From assembly GCF_964194155.1 (NCBI RefSeq), contig NC_135890.1:91574001-91638000 (forward strand): DNA of 64,000 nt, given 5' to 3'. Source of the stretch: Cetorhinus maximus (Eukaryota). The translations under genes and the position numbers were made by a program. Below are positions 36,870-51,040 of the stretch, piece by piece. Below the pieces are notes generated by a model that worked only from the letters and a program-made list of their open reading frames with translations, searched no databases and was not told the origin of the DNA. The number at the start of each line of letters is the position of its first letter. The stretch's first letter is position 1.

Positions 36870-38058
36870 CTGTAATGGAATAAACAAAAATGATTTGGGA
36901 AACATAATTCTCCAATAAGTCAATGAATTCTTTTTCCAAGATCGAATATTTCAGTGCTCATTACATAACAGCAATAATCCCATTGGCATGCACATCACCT
37001 AATTCATCAATAACAACAGAAAATAAAAATAGAAACTCTATTTCTCTCTGCTCAGATGATACCTGAGCTGCTGAGTATTTCTAGTTTCCTCAAATAATTC
37101 CTCAAATTAGAAACCATACCACAACAGTAATGCTGGACAAATCTAATACAAGGCTGGGATCACTCACTTGTAATACAATTGTAAAAGGCGGCCCTACAAC
37201 CTAAATGGAACTAAATGTATACACCAGTCAACCAATATCCAATCAGGTCCCAGGATCAGTGCTACATAACTCTCACAGCAAATCAATTCGCCAGAGTAAG
37301 AAGCACAAGGGATGAGTCAGTAAACACTGCGTTTTAAATCCTTGACAAAAACAAAAAAAAAAAAAAATCGATGAACCTGGTAATTCTGTCCAGGCTCCAA
37401 AAAACAAAAAGTAAGTTGGCCTCAAAGAGATGCATAAATCAACTATGGATTGACTTGTTCTCACTCCCAACATCCAGAGAACGCCTCTGGTTTAGTGCCA
37501 TCTTGGACAGGCCACGTTCAAGAACTTAACACGTGGAAAAAAGTAGATTAATAGCCATATTTTTGACTCATTATCGTGCTGCTCCATTGGGGCATCAGAA
37601 TGTACATCTTTAATAAATAAGTTAATTCAATATGTGGAATCAGAGATCTTGGGATCATGTCAGCTACTTGTCACAAGCAGTGCATGATCAATGCAGATGA
37701 AATTAAATAAAATTAATGGCTAAATGCTCTTCAAATTAAATAAAATTATCAATTGAGTATAACCACTTTGGCTGCCAGATCTGGGCCACCACATGGTCTT
37801 GGAGTGAAACTAAACTCCATATTTCTCTTTAATCTACTGATTTTATTTTTCATTGCCACTTTACTTGCTGAGTCACAAACTTTTATTTAAAATGTACATT
37901 ACAGTGAAAAACATCAAGGTAGTCACACAGACTGAAATATCAACTGCTAGCTGTGAATTTTAAAATTCATTTTCTTTTATAATGCATTTTGAACAGGTCT
38001 TAACTAAGGACACACCTCCAGAACTCAAATGCTAGAGTAAAATAGGGTTAAACCATAC

Positions 38059-38183
38059 CAGATTTTCTTCATAGGGCTTGCGTTTTTCCATCTGTTGTAG
38101 GGCCTTCTTGTACAGTTGTGTCACAGGTTCATCAGGCAACTCATCAGCCCACTCCTTGTACTCAGCATATGTAGTCTCCATAT
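38059..38183 (-). CDS. SART3: SART3 exon 6
   Basis: METTYAEYKEWADE...YKKALQQMEKRKPYEENL. 125 bp. Confidence 0.93.
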
Positions 38184-39425
38184 CTATACGGGACACAAAC
38201 AGATGGCAGTAAGCAATCCGATCAAGAAGAGAGTGAAATAATCACGGCTAAGGCTCCACTTCGGATAGCAACTCCACAACATTAGGATGCATTCATTTAG
38301 AATAAACAGTGTGCATCCTTTACTCATATACTGAACCTCTCTCAAAAAGGAAAGCACAAACAATCTAGCCCTATATATCTGCAAAGTGCCTGCTATACCA
38401 TTCCAAGACTGCCAAATGTTGTAACTTCAACTAGGTTAGGCAGCTCTGATTATTTGGTTTTTTTTGGGGAGCAAGAAGAAGAGTTCTTAATTCTGCACTC
38501 CTGCCAAGAACTAGTGCAACTCACACAGGTGCGGTCATAAGGCTCAAATGTTTCCTGGGCATGAGATAAAGCACAAAATGTAAAGAAGCACTCAGAAACC
38601 CATCCAACAATCCCACACATCTTGGACATGTGAGTGACAAAACCACAGGGAGATCCTCCAATGCATTTACTCTATGTTTCTTTTCAAGTCACCTGATGCA
38701 AAGTGGGGGAAATATATAATTTTTAAGAGCTTCAAATAATGAAAGAGGGGCTCCAGTCTCTGACTCCATAAGCTACATTTTTAGGATACGATCACTTGAG
38801 CAATGTGCCAGTAGGTAGGCCAGCAAGAAATTAAGAGGGAAGGGAAAGCTAGCAGCAACACAGCAACAAAGTTTTTTTTAAGTCTTTTGATGAAGTTGTC
38901 AACAAGTTTAGGAGTCAGTTCTAGAATATTTGACTGCATATGGAACTTAGTAGGGAGGTCTCATTTGGAATTAATTGTAAATATTGTAAAACATGTTGAA
39001 AAGTCAATTAAAAGTGGAGGAACCTGGAGCTCAAAAACTAAGTTCAAGAGTATGCTGACATAACTAGTTGGTATATGCCCCATTGTTGGAGGAAAAAATA
39101 TTGCCAGGGAATACAATTAGTGCCTTTGGTGAAAGGTCTGGATAATGTAGATAGAAATAGATTGCTTGACTTTCTCATTAATGGTTAATTAATCTGAAGA
39201 TGATAAAAAGTTGGTGTGCACATACAATTTTCAATGGTCTTTTGGAAGCAGTGAGTGCTGTGGGCAGAATCCCCCTGCCTCCCAGTAATTTATGTTCTTG
39301 CTCCAATTATGAAAGATTTTACAAGTGCCTGTCTAACACCTACTCTACACGAAACAAATCCAACATGACTCCCATATTTCTCATAGATGCACATTTAGCC
39401 ATGGGTAAATTCAAAAGCATCTTAC

Positions 39426-39531
39426 CAAGCAAAGGGACACCCAGCTGCCTCTTGAAGAGTGTGTGTATTCGGTCAAGTTGTGCATTCACCATCTCCTGCT
39501 GATCCGAAGTCAAAATGCTGCCAGCTGAGGG
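39426..39531 (-). CDS. SART3: SART3 exon 5
   Basis: ctcttag|PSAGSILTSDQQEMVNAQLDRIHTLFKRQLGVPLL|gtaag. 106 bp. Confidence 0.88.
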
Positions 39532-40195
39532 CTAAGAGAGGAAAGACATTCATTTAATTAAACTGTCAATTACTGGATTTGAAATGGAGGAACTGACTTG
39601 AACATTCCAGAAGACCCCAATCCTCCTAAACATTTTGATTTCAAGTGAACAATTTAAAATTTCACTGCAACTGAGGGAGAATTTCAGAAGCTGACAAAGT
39701 GTTTGAAGCAGTTTACCTACTGCACATGGTGTCTCCATAATCCGTAATCACTGTTCCTTTCTCAAACACTTATACACATCTTTTTATAATTACATAATAA
39801 AACACTTCAATATTTCTGTTTAATATTTTCTAATTCAACAAGGTACAGAGTATGAAACAGAACTATCTACATACACAGACTTCAGTGAGAATTAGCAACC
39901 TGAGGCTCATCCTAAGTTTGCAAATTCATATCAATTGTGAGTTGCACCTGAATCAGACTGAGCGTCAAACGCCCAAATCCTACAATTATTCACAGCCTCC
40001 TTAATCCTGTTTAAAAATCTCTGCAACACTCGACCAAGATTTCAATGCAGGTATGGGCAAAAAGTTTAAACGCCCAAATAAGTACCTCATTCCCTCTCCC
40101 AACTGAAGGAAAATTCAACATCACTGCCTGGCTGACGAATTAAGCAGATAATGCACCAGTGCAAAAATCGAGATACAAGTGCTGCCACAGACCAG

Positions 40196-41059
40196 TGTCA
40201 AGAAGATATAATAATGTCTATAATGTTATTGGGAATTATTTTAAAATGGAGTTCCAGTGGTGTCGGTGTCTGTGTGTGTAAGTGTGTGTGTATGTGTGTG
40301 TGTCTTAATTGGATTAAAGCCAGATGGTCTAAAGGCTTTGATGTATAGAAGGGAAGTAGGTTTGAAATGTTAATTAGATAAACATAGGGAAGTAAGAAAG
40401 TGAAGTGTAAAGGGGGAAATTTGCATTTTTAAACAAACCATTCAAAAGAATGGGTGAAATATTACACCAAGCCAAAAGAAGCCAAACAATGTGTTTAGCT
40501 AATAAAATTGGTGCTATGAAAGGAATTTATTGTTAGAAGAGGTAAAGTTCAAAAAACCTAGTGATACAATGAGAATCTGCATTCAAAGAGGAAAATATGT
40601 ATGAAGGAAGAGAACGCTGTTGGTAAAAAAAGAGGGATTCTAAGATCTAAAGCCTCCGGTCTGTAAGCCTCAAGCCACTGTCTGCAAGGACCCAGAGCTT
40701 AAAGAAACTCATTTTTAATGTGACTGTCCAGAGTGTGCTTTGCCATGGGTCTGTTTAAATCTGTGTGTTTTACTGTTGCCTTGACGGAGGTATAACTGGG
40801 AGTCAGATTAATTAGGGGATTTTTAGAAGTTATTATAGTAGTAATTTGTAGACGTATATATGTGCTTACAATCTTTTAATTAATAAAGATTTAATTTAGT
40901 TTTATAAAAAAAACCTCTTGAGACTCGGTGGTCTTATTATAACTGAACTCAAAGCCTGCATCTCGAAACATAAATTGCAAAAATTGGTTATGACTGTTGT
41001 TTCAAGTTTCCCTCTGGGGTTTGAACAGCTCAGCATTCACTATCAGCTGTGTCATAATA
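40196..41059 (+). mobile_element. Probable solo LTR
   Basis: ~860-bp block starting TG and ending CATAATA (possible CA->TA decay). Contains (TG)n, AATAAA at ~40882 and a U5-like end. The 4-bp flanks are imperfect (CCAG/TCAG). Confidence 0.4.
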
Positions 41060-41596
41060 TCAGTGAACATTATTTCATCAGTGACCCAAGTTCAAACCCA
41101 ATGTAGGCATTGGGGTATAAGAATCCCTTCTATTAGCTAAAATTAGTCTGGACCAAGTGAATCCAGTTTCTAATCAATGTGAATCTGCAGCACAAAACAG
41201 CCCATAATTTGGCACTAAAATCTCACTTTCACACTGCAAGAATGACAACTGTGTAAAAAGAAGTGTTGTGCTGCTGCACTTTGATTTGTAGTTAAAGTAC
41301 ATTTTTCAGGCAGAAATGGAAGCTGAAAATTGAAGCTATTCCACTCCTTGTTATTAATATCCCTCCCAACAAAAAGGAATGTGTTCAAGCTGAATGCATT
41401 AGTTCAAGAAACCTCAGTTTAAATGGATTTTCACAGATGAGTAAATCGAAAAAAATGAACAGTTTACAATATAATATTTTCTACACAACTAGCCAATTAT
41501 TTCTTGCTAGTTTGCATCTAGCTCCATGCAACACAGAGTCTTTACAAGTTTACCATTTGTTCACATTATGTTAATCTAGAGTTCTCATTCTCTTAC

Positions 41597-41781
41597 CTGT
41601 AAGGTTCCTAAAATAGCATTTTCAAACTCTCTAAAGGCCTCCCAGATTGCTACTCCTTTTGTCATATGTAGTCCAACAGCAGTTAAGGCTCGATCAAATA
41701 TACCACGAGCTCGCTCAATACCACCCTGCTGACCAATCCCACCAATGGAGTACTGGGCATATTCCAGCCATATTTCTGGAC
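41597..41781 (-). CDS. SART3: SART3 exon 4
   Basis: PEIWLEYAQYSIGGIGQQGG...AVGLHMTKGVAIWEAFREFENAILGTLQ. 185 bp. Confidence 0.95.
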
Positions 41782-42944
41782 CTGTAATGAAAATTATTTG
41801 TTAACATTAGTGTATCAAAACAGAATTAAACCAGTACATGTATTCTGACAACCAAGCCTTAAGTTATTACCAGATGCCCACATCAAGAGGGCACACATAA
41901 CAAACCTGGTTTCCAGAAGGTATAAGGGGGGAAATGCCCCTTCACACAGAGCAGCACACAACACAATTTCGCAACTGTAATAAAACTCATTCCTGTCAGA
42001 CACAATTTGTCCTCTTAGACAGGTCTCAAAACCTGATTCTACTGTGGAACACCCTGCATTTAGACCCTAAAATTATGTTGTGAGATAACTGATCACAACA
42101 ACTTGTTCACATTCTACTTTTAGCAGAGGCATTAACCTAATTATTAAAAAGAGGTTAATACCTTCACTAAAATACTAGAGAGGAGTATTTGTACACTTGT
42201 ATCCAGTGACATTATTTCAGGGTCTAAGTGTTCATTCACTTTTACATCCTGGTTGTTCTACAGTGGAGTCAACTATGCCCACCACATTGTGGAGCCTGTC
42301 CAAAAGTCTGCTTTTTGTCCAGTGGGTTGAGTTTTAATATAGTAAAAGAGAATAAGAAATGAAGGCAAAATCATTGGGAATCTATTCATGGAGATTTCTT
42401 TGCAGTTTTGACGACTAAGATGAGTGTCAACTAACTGGACACCAATTTTATCAGTATCTACAGGTTCTACAGTTTGACACGCTTAAATACCTGAGTGAAT
42501 AATGGAGAATATGATGATCACAGTGTCTACAATAGATTCTAATATGGGGAACTTCATCAGCCTTAGCAGCGTACCATCACTCCCAGTTACATGAAATATT
42601 TGATCACTTGTCTGCTTGGATTTTTAATTTCTCAGTTAACCAACAGCCAGGATTAAAGCCGAATGTATGTAACAGAGGAGAGCTAACTTTCAGGACAGCT
42701 TAATTTTTGAAACTACACAGTGCCTGGAAGTTATTTCTATTAACACATTAATAACTTTATAAACCCCAACACCTCTTTCCTTCTCCCCACCTCACTTCAT
42801 TGAGCCAACTAAGAAGGATGAGCACTACTCAGCCAACAGGTGCGACCTATCTTCAAGACCAATAATGGCCGGGGAGGGTTTGTTTGGTTTGATCAGAGAA
42901 TTCTGTGGCTGTTCATAGACAAAGTGTAAAGAAAAGGAATTTAC

Positions 42945-43049
42945 AAATATAATCTTTGATAGCCTTCTCAAACAGCTCGTAAACTTTCTCCCTGTCAGAT
43001 GCTTCTTCTGCCATTCGAATTTCATCCTTCAGCCAGTCCAACCAAAGCT
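42945..43049 (-). CDS. SART3: SART3 exon 3
   Basis: LWLDWLKDEIRMAEEASDREKVYELFEKAIKDYI. 105 bp. Confidence 0.95.
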
Positions 43050-43344
43050 CTGCAAAATACAATTACATTTGTTTCCCATTAAAGGCAACATTATTCATGA
43101 TTACATGATCTTTGGCAATATGATTGCAACATCAACAGCACAGGATAATCACATACTCAGTCTCCAGGGAAAAGGTCACAGAATATAGAAATTAAAGAAC
43201 AGCTAGAACTATAATAAAGATCTTGTGAAAATGGATTCATTCTTCAAACTCTACAATTACGTTACAAAATTTGGTCTACTTTAAAAATGCTACAATAACC
43301 TAGGTTTCAGTTGGAGACGCAACTGTCAGTGATTATAATCTTAC

Positions 43345-43471
43345 CTTCAGTAAGTGGGAAAAGTTCACTCATCTTCTGTCGAGCAGATCGCAATTTCTCC
43401 AGCTCCCCCTCCTGACGCAGCAATTTAATTAGATCCACATGACAGTTGTAGTCGTAGGCACTGATGGAAAG
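43345..43471 (-). CDS. SART3: SART3 exon 2
   Basis: LSISAYDYNCHVDLIKLLRQEGELEKLRSARQKMSELFPLTE. 127 bp. Confidence 0.95.
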
Positions 43472-44389
43472 CTGAAAGAAACAGAGCACAAATCACTACT
43501 GTCCCCATATCAACATTACCAGTGTGTTCTAAATATTACCATCACACATCTGTCATTTTATTTAACAGCGTAATAGCTGATTAGTTACCTATAAATCTAG
43601 TGTTTCATTCTTAAATTGTCACACACATCAGATCAAAACAGATGTCTGCTCTGTCTATGGCAAGTCAAGTCATTTGTCTCAATTAGCAACAAACTGGCCA
43701 GTGGTCTAAGAAGTATAAAATCATGAAAGGCCATAAACAACAGGAATAAAATGTTTTAAACAGATGAACAGAAGAGTTTAAAAATATATCTTTGGCATGA
43801 CTCTGTCAGAATCTACATTATTTTACATTACTGCACAGCACTGCTACACCATATAATACACAATGCATTCTTCTGTAAAAGTGGAGCGGTATTGCCTTAA
43901 GGACAGAAAGTTTAAGTTAAATAAACATGGAATCGAGTCAATCAGAGTTCATTGATTTTTGGTAAGGGGTATTTGCAGATGGGAATTTAGCTGCAAATTT
44001 CAGAATGCAGGTTAGGAGCAGCCATTATTAAGTGACTGCCTTTTTTTAAAAAAAAAGAGGAATTTTTTAAAAATGGGGTGTAAACCATTCCTGACTTCTA
44101 TTCAACAAGTCTTTTCTGCTGTTCTTGCATCTCTCCATCCTGAGATCCACATTCACTGCCATGCGCTGCCACATGTACACACTCAACCTTCCTCTCCAGC
44201 AGCACCCACTCACCCTATCTCAAAGCTGTCCTGCTCCACAGTTTCATTTCATTCTTTGCCTCATTTGATGCCTCAGCAAAAAATCTTTTTGCTTTCTTTC
44301 AGGTGTTAAGGACCACTAGCTCCAACAACTCATGGATACCAACGCCCCTCCAGATCCCTCATTCCCTTCCCTCTGACCTCACCACTTCT

Positions 44390-47300
44390 AGTCTTACTTC
44401 TTGCCACGTATTCACCATGCCCTCCGACCTTCTCCTCTCTGACGCCGAATGATCTGTCCTCGGCAAAGAACTCAGCTTTGTCCCCTTATGTCCTCAGCTT
44501 AATGAATTACAAGCTGAGCTTGACATTGAGCTCTTCTTCTGGCACCTTCATCTCCTTGCCCACTCCTTTGGGCAGGAGTCTTCCTTCCACTCAATAGACC
44601 CTTTCACCCATCTGCAATATTCTCCCTCCACCTGGACTTCTTCCTCTGACTCTTACCCGCTCTTGATCTTTTCATTGAGAACTGTCAGCGGGACATCTCA
44701 ATTTCTGCTTCCCTCACTCACTCTAACCTGTTTCCCTCTGAACTTGCTACACTCCGTTCTCTCAGGTCCACCTTGTTATCAAACCTTCTCAAAAGGCCGT
44801 TGTGTTGTTGTCTGGCATACTGACCTCTGCCTTGTGGAGACTGAGTGCCAACTCTCAAATACTTTTTCCCTTCCTCCCCCTGGACCATGACCCCACCAAA
44901 CATCAAGCCTTTGTTTCCCGAACACTCGCTGACCTCATTTCCTCCTACATTCATCTCACCCTATAGTTCCCCAACCCCATACAGCTCACTTACATAAGAA
45001 CATAAGAACTAGGAGCAGGAGTAGGCAATTCAGCTCCTCGAGCCTGCCCTGCCATTCATTACAATAATGGCTGATCTCATTTCGGCCTCAACTCCAATTT
45101 CCCGCCCTCTCCCCATAACCTTTCAACCCATTACTAATTAAAAATCTGTCTATCTCTTCCTTAAATTTATTCAGCGTCTTGGCATCCACTGCACTCTGAG
45201 GTAGTGAATTCCACAGATTCACGACCCTTTGAGAAAAGTAATTCCTCCTCATCTCTGATTTAAATCTACCACCCCTTAGCCTAAAACTATGGCCTCTCGT
45301 TCTAGAGTGCCCCAGAAGAGGAAACATCTGCTCCACGTCTACTTTCTCTATCCCCTTTAGCATTTTATATACCTCAATTAGATCAATCTCCTCTCATCCT
45401 TCTAAACTCTAGCAAGTACAGGCCTAAACTACTCAATCTCTCCTCATAAGACAAGCCCCGCATCTCTGGAATCAATCTACTGAGCCTCCTCTGAACCGCC
45501 TCCAGTGCAACTATATCCTTCCTCAAGTAAGGGGACCAAAACTGTGCACAGTACTCGAGGTGCAATCTCACCAATGCCTTGTACAGTTGCAACAACACTT
45601 CCCTATTTTTATACTCTATTCCTTTAGCAATAAATGCCAAAATTCCATTTTCCTTCCTTATTACCTGCTGTACCTGCATACTAGCTTTCAGCGATTCATA
45701 CATGAGGACACCCAGATCCCTCTGCACTGAAGCATTCTGAAGTTTCCCTCCATTTAAATAATGTCGCCTTTTTATTCTTCCGATCAAAATGGATAACCTC
45801 ACACTTATCCACGTTAAACTCCATCTGCCAAATTTTGGCCTATTTACCTAACCTGTCCATATCCATTTGTAAATTTCTTATTTCTTCATTGCAACTTACT
45901 TTCCCACCTATTTTGGGGTCATCTGAAAATTTAGCTATGGTAACTTCTATCCCTGAATCCAAGTCATTAATATAGATTGTAAATAGTTGGGGCCCAAGGA
46001 CCGAATCCTGTGGCACCCCACTAGTTACAGCTTGCCATCCAGAAAAAGACCCATTTATTACAACTCGCCACTTTCTGTTGGTTAACCAATCCTCTATTCA
46101 AGCTAATATATTACCCCTAACTCCGTGTGATCTTATCTTGTGTATTAATCTTTTGTGCGGCACCTTATCAAAGGCCTTCTGGAAGTCCAGATATACTGCA
46201 TCTGCAGGATCCCCATTATCCACTTTGCTTGTCACATCTTCAAAGAACTCTAGTAAATTAGTCAAACAAGATTTACTCTTCATAAAACCATGCTGACTCT
46301 AATGGATTGCATTTTGACTTTCCAAATGCCCCATTACTATTTCCTTAATAATGGATTCCAACAATTTCCCAATGACAGACGTTAAACTAACTGGTCTATT
46401 TTCCTACTTTCTGCCTCCCACCCTTTTTGAATAAGGGCATTCTTCCAACCCACTGGAACCTTTCCAGAATCCAGGGAATTTTGGAATATTATAGCCAATG
46501 CATCCACTATCTCTGCTGCCACTTCCTTTAAGACCCTGGGATATGTCACCCTTTAATCCCAATAGTTTGCTCAGTACTTTTTCTCTAGTGATGGTGATTG
46601 TTCTAAGTTCCTCCTTCTCTATATCCTCTGCACTACCTGTTACTATTGGGGTGGTATTAGTGTCCTCCACTGTGAAAACTGAGGCAAAATATTGATTAAG
46701 CGTCTCTGCCACTTCTGCATTCTCCACTATTAATTCCCCAGTCTCATCCTCCAAGGGACCAACATTCACTTTAGCTACTCTCTTTACTTTTATATACTTG
46801 TAGAAGCTTTTGCTATCAGTTTTTACATTTTGCGCTAGTTTTCTTTCATAATTTACCTTTGCTCTTTTTATTATTTTTTTAGTAACCCTTTATTGATCTT
46901 TAAAAGTTTCCCAAACTTCCAGCCTGCCACTGACCTTTGCAATTTGGTATGCCTTAGTTTTTGCCTTTAAGTTATCTTTAACTTCCTTGCTTAGCCATGG
47001 ATGCTTTTCCCCCCTCTTACCATCTTTCTTCCTCATTGGGATATATTTTACTTGGGAAGAATTGAATATCTCCTTAAATATCTGCCACTGTTCATCAACT
47101 GTCCTACCTTGTAGTCTTCCTGCCCAGTCCACTAGGGCCAAATCTGCCCTCATACCTATGTAGTTACCTTTGTTTAACTCCAGAACACTAGTGTGGGACT
47201 CAAGTTTCTCACTCTCAAACTGAACTTGAAATTCTATCATGCTATGTTCACTCTTCCCTAGAGGATCCTTTACTATGAGATCATTAATTAATCCCATCTC

Positions 47301-49570
47301 ATTACACAAAACCAAATCCAGAATAGCCTGCTCCCTGGTTGGTTCCACAACATTTTGCTCCAAGAAACAATCTCTAATACACTCTATGAACTCTCCCTCA
47401 AGACTACCCTTGCCAATTTGATTAGTCCAGCCTATATGCATATTAAAATCACCCATGATTATTGCCGTGCCTTTCTTACATGCTCCCAGTATTTCCTGGT
47501 TTATACTATGCCCTACTGCTAAACAACTGTTTGAGGACCTATGGATTACTCCCACCAGGGACTTCTTTCCCTTGCTATTTCTTATTTCTACCCAGACTGA
47601 CTCTACATCTTGCTCTCCAGTGCCTATATCATTCCTCACTATAGCACTGATCTCTTCCTTTACTTCTACTTCATTCCCAAGATCCATAAACAGGACTGAC
47701 ACAGTAAACCTAACATTTCAGCCTGATTCTGCCCAACTAAACTCATTTCTTCCTACCTTGACTCTATTCCCCCCCACCGTACAGTCTCTGCCCACCTACA
47801 TCCATAATTCTTCTGAAGCCCACCCTGACTTTAAAAGTTTCCGATTTCCTGGCCCTAACATCTCTTTACCATGGACGTCCAATCTCTCTACACCTCCGTC
47901 TCCCACCCGGATGGTCTGACAGCTCTTTGCTTCTTCCTCAAACGAAGACTCAACCAGCCCCAATCCACCACCACCCTCCTCCACCTGGCTGAGCTTGTTT
48001 TCACTCTGAACAATTTCTTTCAACTCCACTCACTTCCTTCAAATAAACTGTATTGCAATGGGTTCCCGCATGGATCCTAGCTATGCCAGCCTTTTTGTTG
48101 AATACATCCAAATTTTCTTGTTCCAGTCCTACTCGGAGCCCCTCCCTCAACTCTATTTCCGGTCCATTAGTGACTGTATCAATGCAGTGTCCTGCTCTCA
48201 CCATTAATTGGAAAACTTCATCAACTTTGCTTCCAATTTCCATCTTTCATTCAGTTTCAAATGGTCCATATCTGACTCTTCCCTTTCCTTCCTTGACTAC
48301 TCCTTCTCCATTTCTGGAGATAGGCCATCAACTAATGTTCATTACAAGCCCAATGACACCTGGCTACATTTCCTCACACCCTACACCCTGTATGGATTCC
48401 ATTCTCCCAGTTGCTCCGTCTTGATCGCATCTGTTCTGACGATGCAACCATCCACAACAGCACTTCAGAGGTGTCTTATTTCCCTCAACAAAGGACCCCA
48501 CTCCCCCAATCACCCCACAGTGGTTGACAGGGCCCTTGACTGTTTCCGCCATATTTCCCGCACTTCTGCTGTCACCCCTTCCTCTCTCCCAAAACCATGA
48601 TAGGGTTCTCCTTGTCCTCACTTTCAACCAAACAACCTCCATATTCAACAGATCATTTTCCACCACCCTCAGCATGATGCCACCACCAAACATATCTTCC
48701 CCTCCCCTATCAACATTCCGAATAGATCGTTCCCCATGATACCCTGGTCCATTCCTCAGTCACTCCCAACAACCAGTCTCCTTCCCATGGCATCTTTCCA
48801 TGCAAACACAGGAGACGTAACAGCTGTTTATTTTACCTTCTCTCCTCTCACCATCCAAGACTCCAAACACTCCCTACAGGTGAAGCAGCAATTTGTGTGT
48901 ACTTCTTTCAATCTAGTCTACTACGTTCGCTGACCTAAATGTGGTCTCTTCTATTCTGGGAGACCAAATGGAGATTGAGTGATTGCTTTACGGAACACCT
49001 CCGTTCAGTCTGCAAACATGACCCTGAGCTTCGGGAGCCCTGTCATTTTAAATCTTCACCTTTCTCTCACATTGACATTCCAGCCCTTGGCCTGCTGCAC
49101 TGTTCCAGTGAAGCTCAATGTAAATTTGGGGAACAGCACCTCTTTCAATTAGGCTTTTTACAGCCTTCTGGACTCAACATTGAGTTCAACAATTTCAGAC
49201 CATAAACTCTGTCCCCATTTTGTTTCCTTTTCTTTCCTTGTTTCATTTTTTTTTTTCCCTTTCAGTTACCTCCTCTTGGCAGGTTTCTTTTCTTGCCCCA
49301 TCACCATTTTCTTTGGCCCTGGAAGATTAACTCTTCTGTCATTCAATCTCTCTTGTCTTTCACCCTATCACAGACCTTCCTTGCGTCCTTGTCGCACCCA
49401 CCTCTTGCTCAAAACCTATTACACTTCTAACTTTGCCCAGTTCTGATGAAAGGTCATTTAACAGCTAACTCTGTTTCTCTCTTCACAGATGATGCCTGAC
49501 CTTCTGAGTTTTTCCCCAACATTTCGTGTTATTATTTCAGATTTCCAGCATCCATAGTACTCTGCTTCTT
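44390..49570 (+). mobile_element. Degenerate Penelope-like element interrupted by a CR1
   Basis: 5' part 44390-44991. RT resumes at ~47662 (FYFIPKIHK, MDVQSLYT). GIY-YIG remnant at ~48910-48970, pLTR at ~49430-49570. Confidence 0.85.
44992..47661 (-). mobile_element. CR1 LINE ORF2 (~2.7 kb, APE + RT), 5'-truncated
   Basis: ESVWVEIRNSKG, IIMGDFN, KSCLTNLLEFFE, YLDFQKAFDKVPH. (TTCTTATG)n tail at ~44992-45010. Possible ACTT TSD (44988-44991 / 47662-47665). Confidence 0.93.
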
Positions 49571-50896
49571 GGTTAGGTCTTTTCTGTTGTTCTGTACGCT
49601 GCAAATGTTTCATTTTTTCATTTATTTTAAAGCCTTCCTTTTAAAGCTTGGCAGTAAAGACATTTTTATATAAACAAGAAAGGAGAAATGTGCACATATA
49701 TATACTATAGATAGCAATTACAAACATTGGCATATTGCCTGTGTCTTTATGCTTCTATAGAATTATCTTATTTAAAATAAATCCATTCCAGCTTGCATAA
49801 AATGCTTTAGTGCACAGAAAGGTGGCAGAAAAAAAATTGGTCATTGCCACAATCGGGCATTGTTACACTTGGGCTACACAACCGTAAATGGGACACACAA
49901 TAAAGAATCATGCTTTTATTCACTGGAGACTCACAGCCTAAATATAGAAAGTTGTTTACACAAGGACTAGGTGCACAACCTAGAAAACTTCCACAGCTTC
50001 ACCACTTCTCATATATGCCTGATACCCCAGGATTTTTAAACAAATGTCTTCACTCAGCAACGTTTCAGTTGTCGACAGTAAATCCTGCCAGATGTTTTTT
50101 TAAAATACATGTTCACTCTGTATGAACAGAGTTCATCACACCAGTAAGCATCATGGATTGCATAATTCAATAATCTGTTTACGAGAGAGTTGACTTATAT
50201 ATCACAGTCATTAAACCAGCCCATTACACCTCTAGCACTCAAAACTTTGTCCAAAGTGTTAAGAGCAGATAAACAAAAGTAGAAATGCCTGTTTTTGTAC
50301 TCAATGTGCCAAATTTCTGAGATTTAAGTGGAGATCAAGATCACCAGGGGTTTAGCAATGATGACAGGGTCTTTACTGTGTGATGAGACAGTCGCTTCAA
50401 ATCCTTCAGAATTCTTGGTGGTCATCTCCTTGATCACTTGTATCCAGCTACTGGAAGATACATCCTATTCTTTCAAATCGGGGTGAAGCTGCTTTACTGC
50501 TCCTAGTCAGAAATCTATGTTCTCTTCTCTCTCTCTCTCTCTCTGTAGATGAGCCAAAGCAGTTTGCTTTATTTCTGGCTCTTTGGATGATGAACCCTGA
50601 CTAAATGGTTTTTAGGTGATCCTTCAGGTAAATTTGAGAAGGTTATGTTTCTCTCCTCCAGGTAATTAGTCAATTGAAATGTTTGGTTTTGTTTTATTTT
50701 CTCCCTTATGGTGATCACTCTGCGGAGGAGGGGAAGAATCAGTGAAAGGGGATGGGAGGGTGTGTTGGTGTGTGGGGTAGGGGTGTTGGTGGGTGGGAGG
50801 GGGTGTCAGGGCAGGGCGAGGAGGAGGGGAGCAGGGCCGGAGTTTTAAATCCCGTGGGCTCCGAGTCTCGGCGTCCCTCCCTAGCCCGGAGCGCAC

Positions 50897-51040
50897 CTGC
50901 TCTTCCAACCGTTGGATTTCCGCCTCGTTTTCTTGCTCATCCTCCGAAGAGTCTTCCATTTCCTCCTCCGAGTCCCCCCCGCTTCCGAGTTCCAACTCCT
51001 CGGCCTCACTCGACCGCCGCCTCTCCATAGTCGCCATCAT
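50897..51040 (-). CDS. SART3: SART3 exon 1 (acidic N-terminus)
   Basis: MMATMERRRSSEAEELELGSGGDSEEEMEDSSEDEQENEAEIQRLEEQ|gtgcgc. Phase 0 joins exon 2. The 19-exon CDS totals 2769 nt, open throughout. Confidence 0.9.

Noticed and set aside
50355-50600. C/D box snoRNA (several ATGATGA / CTGA)
   Set aside because: The boxes are antisense to the host SART3 intron and lack a terminal stem.
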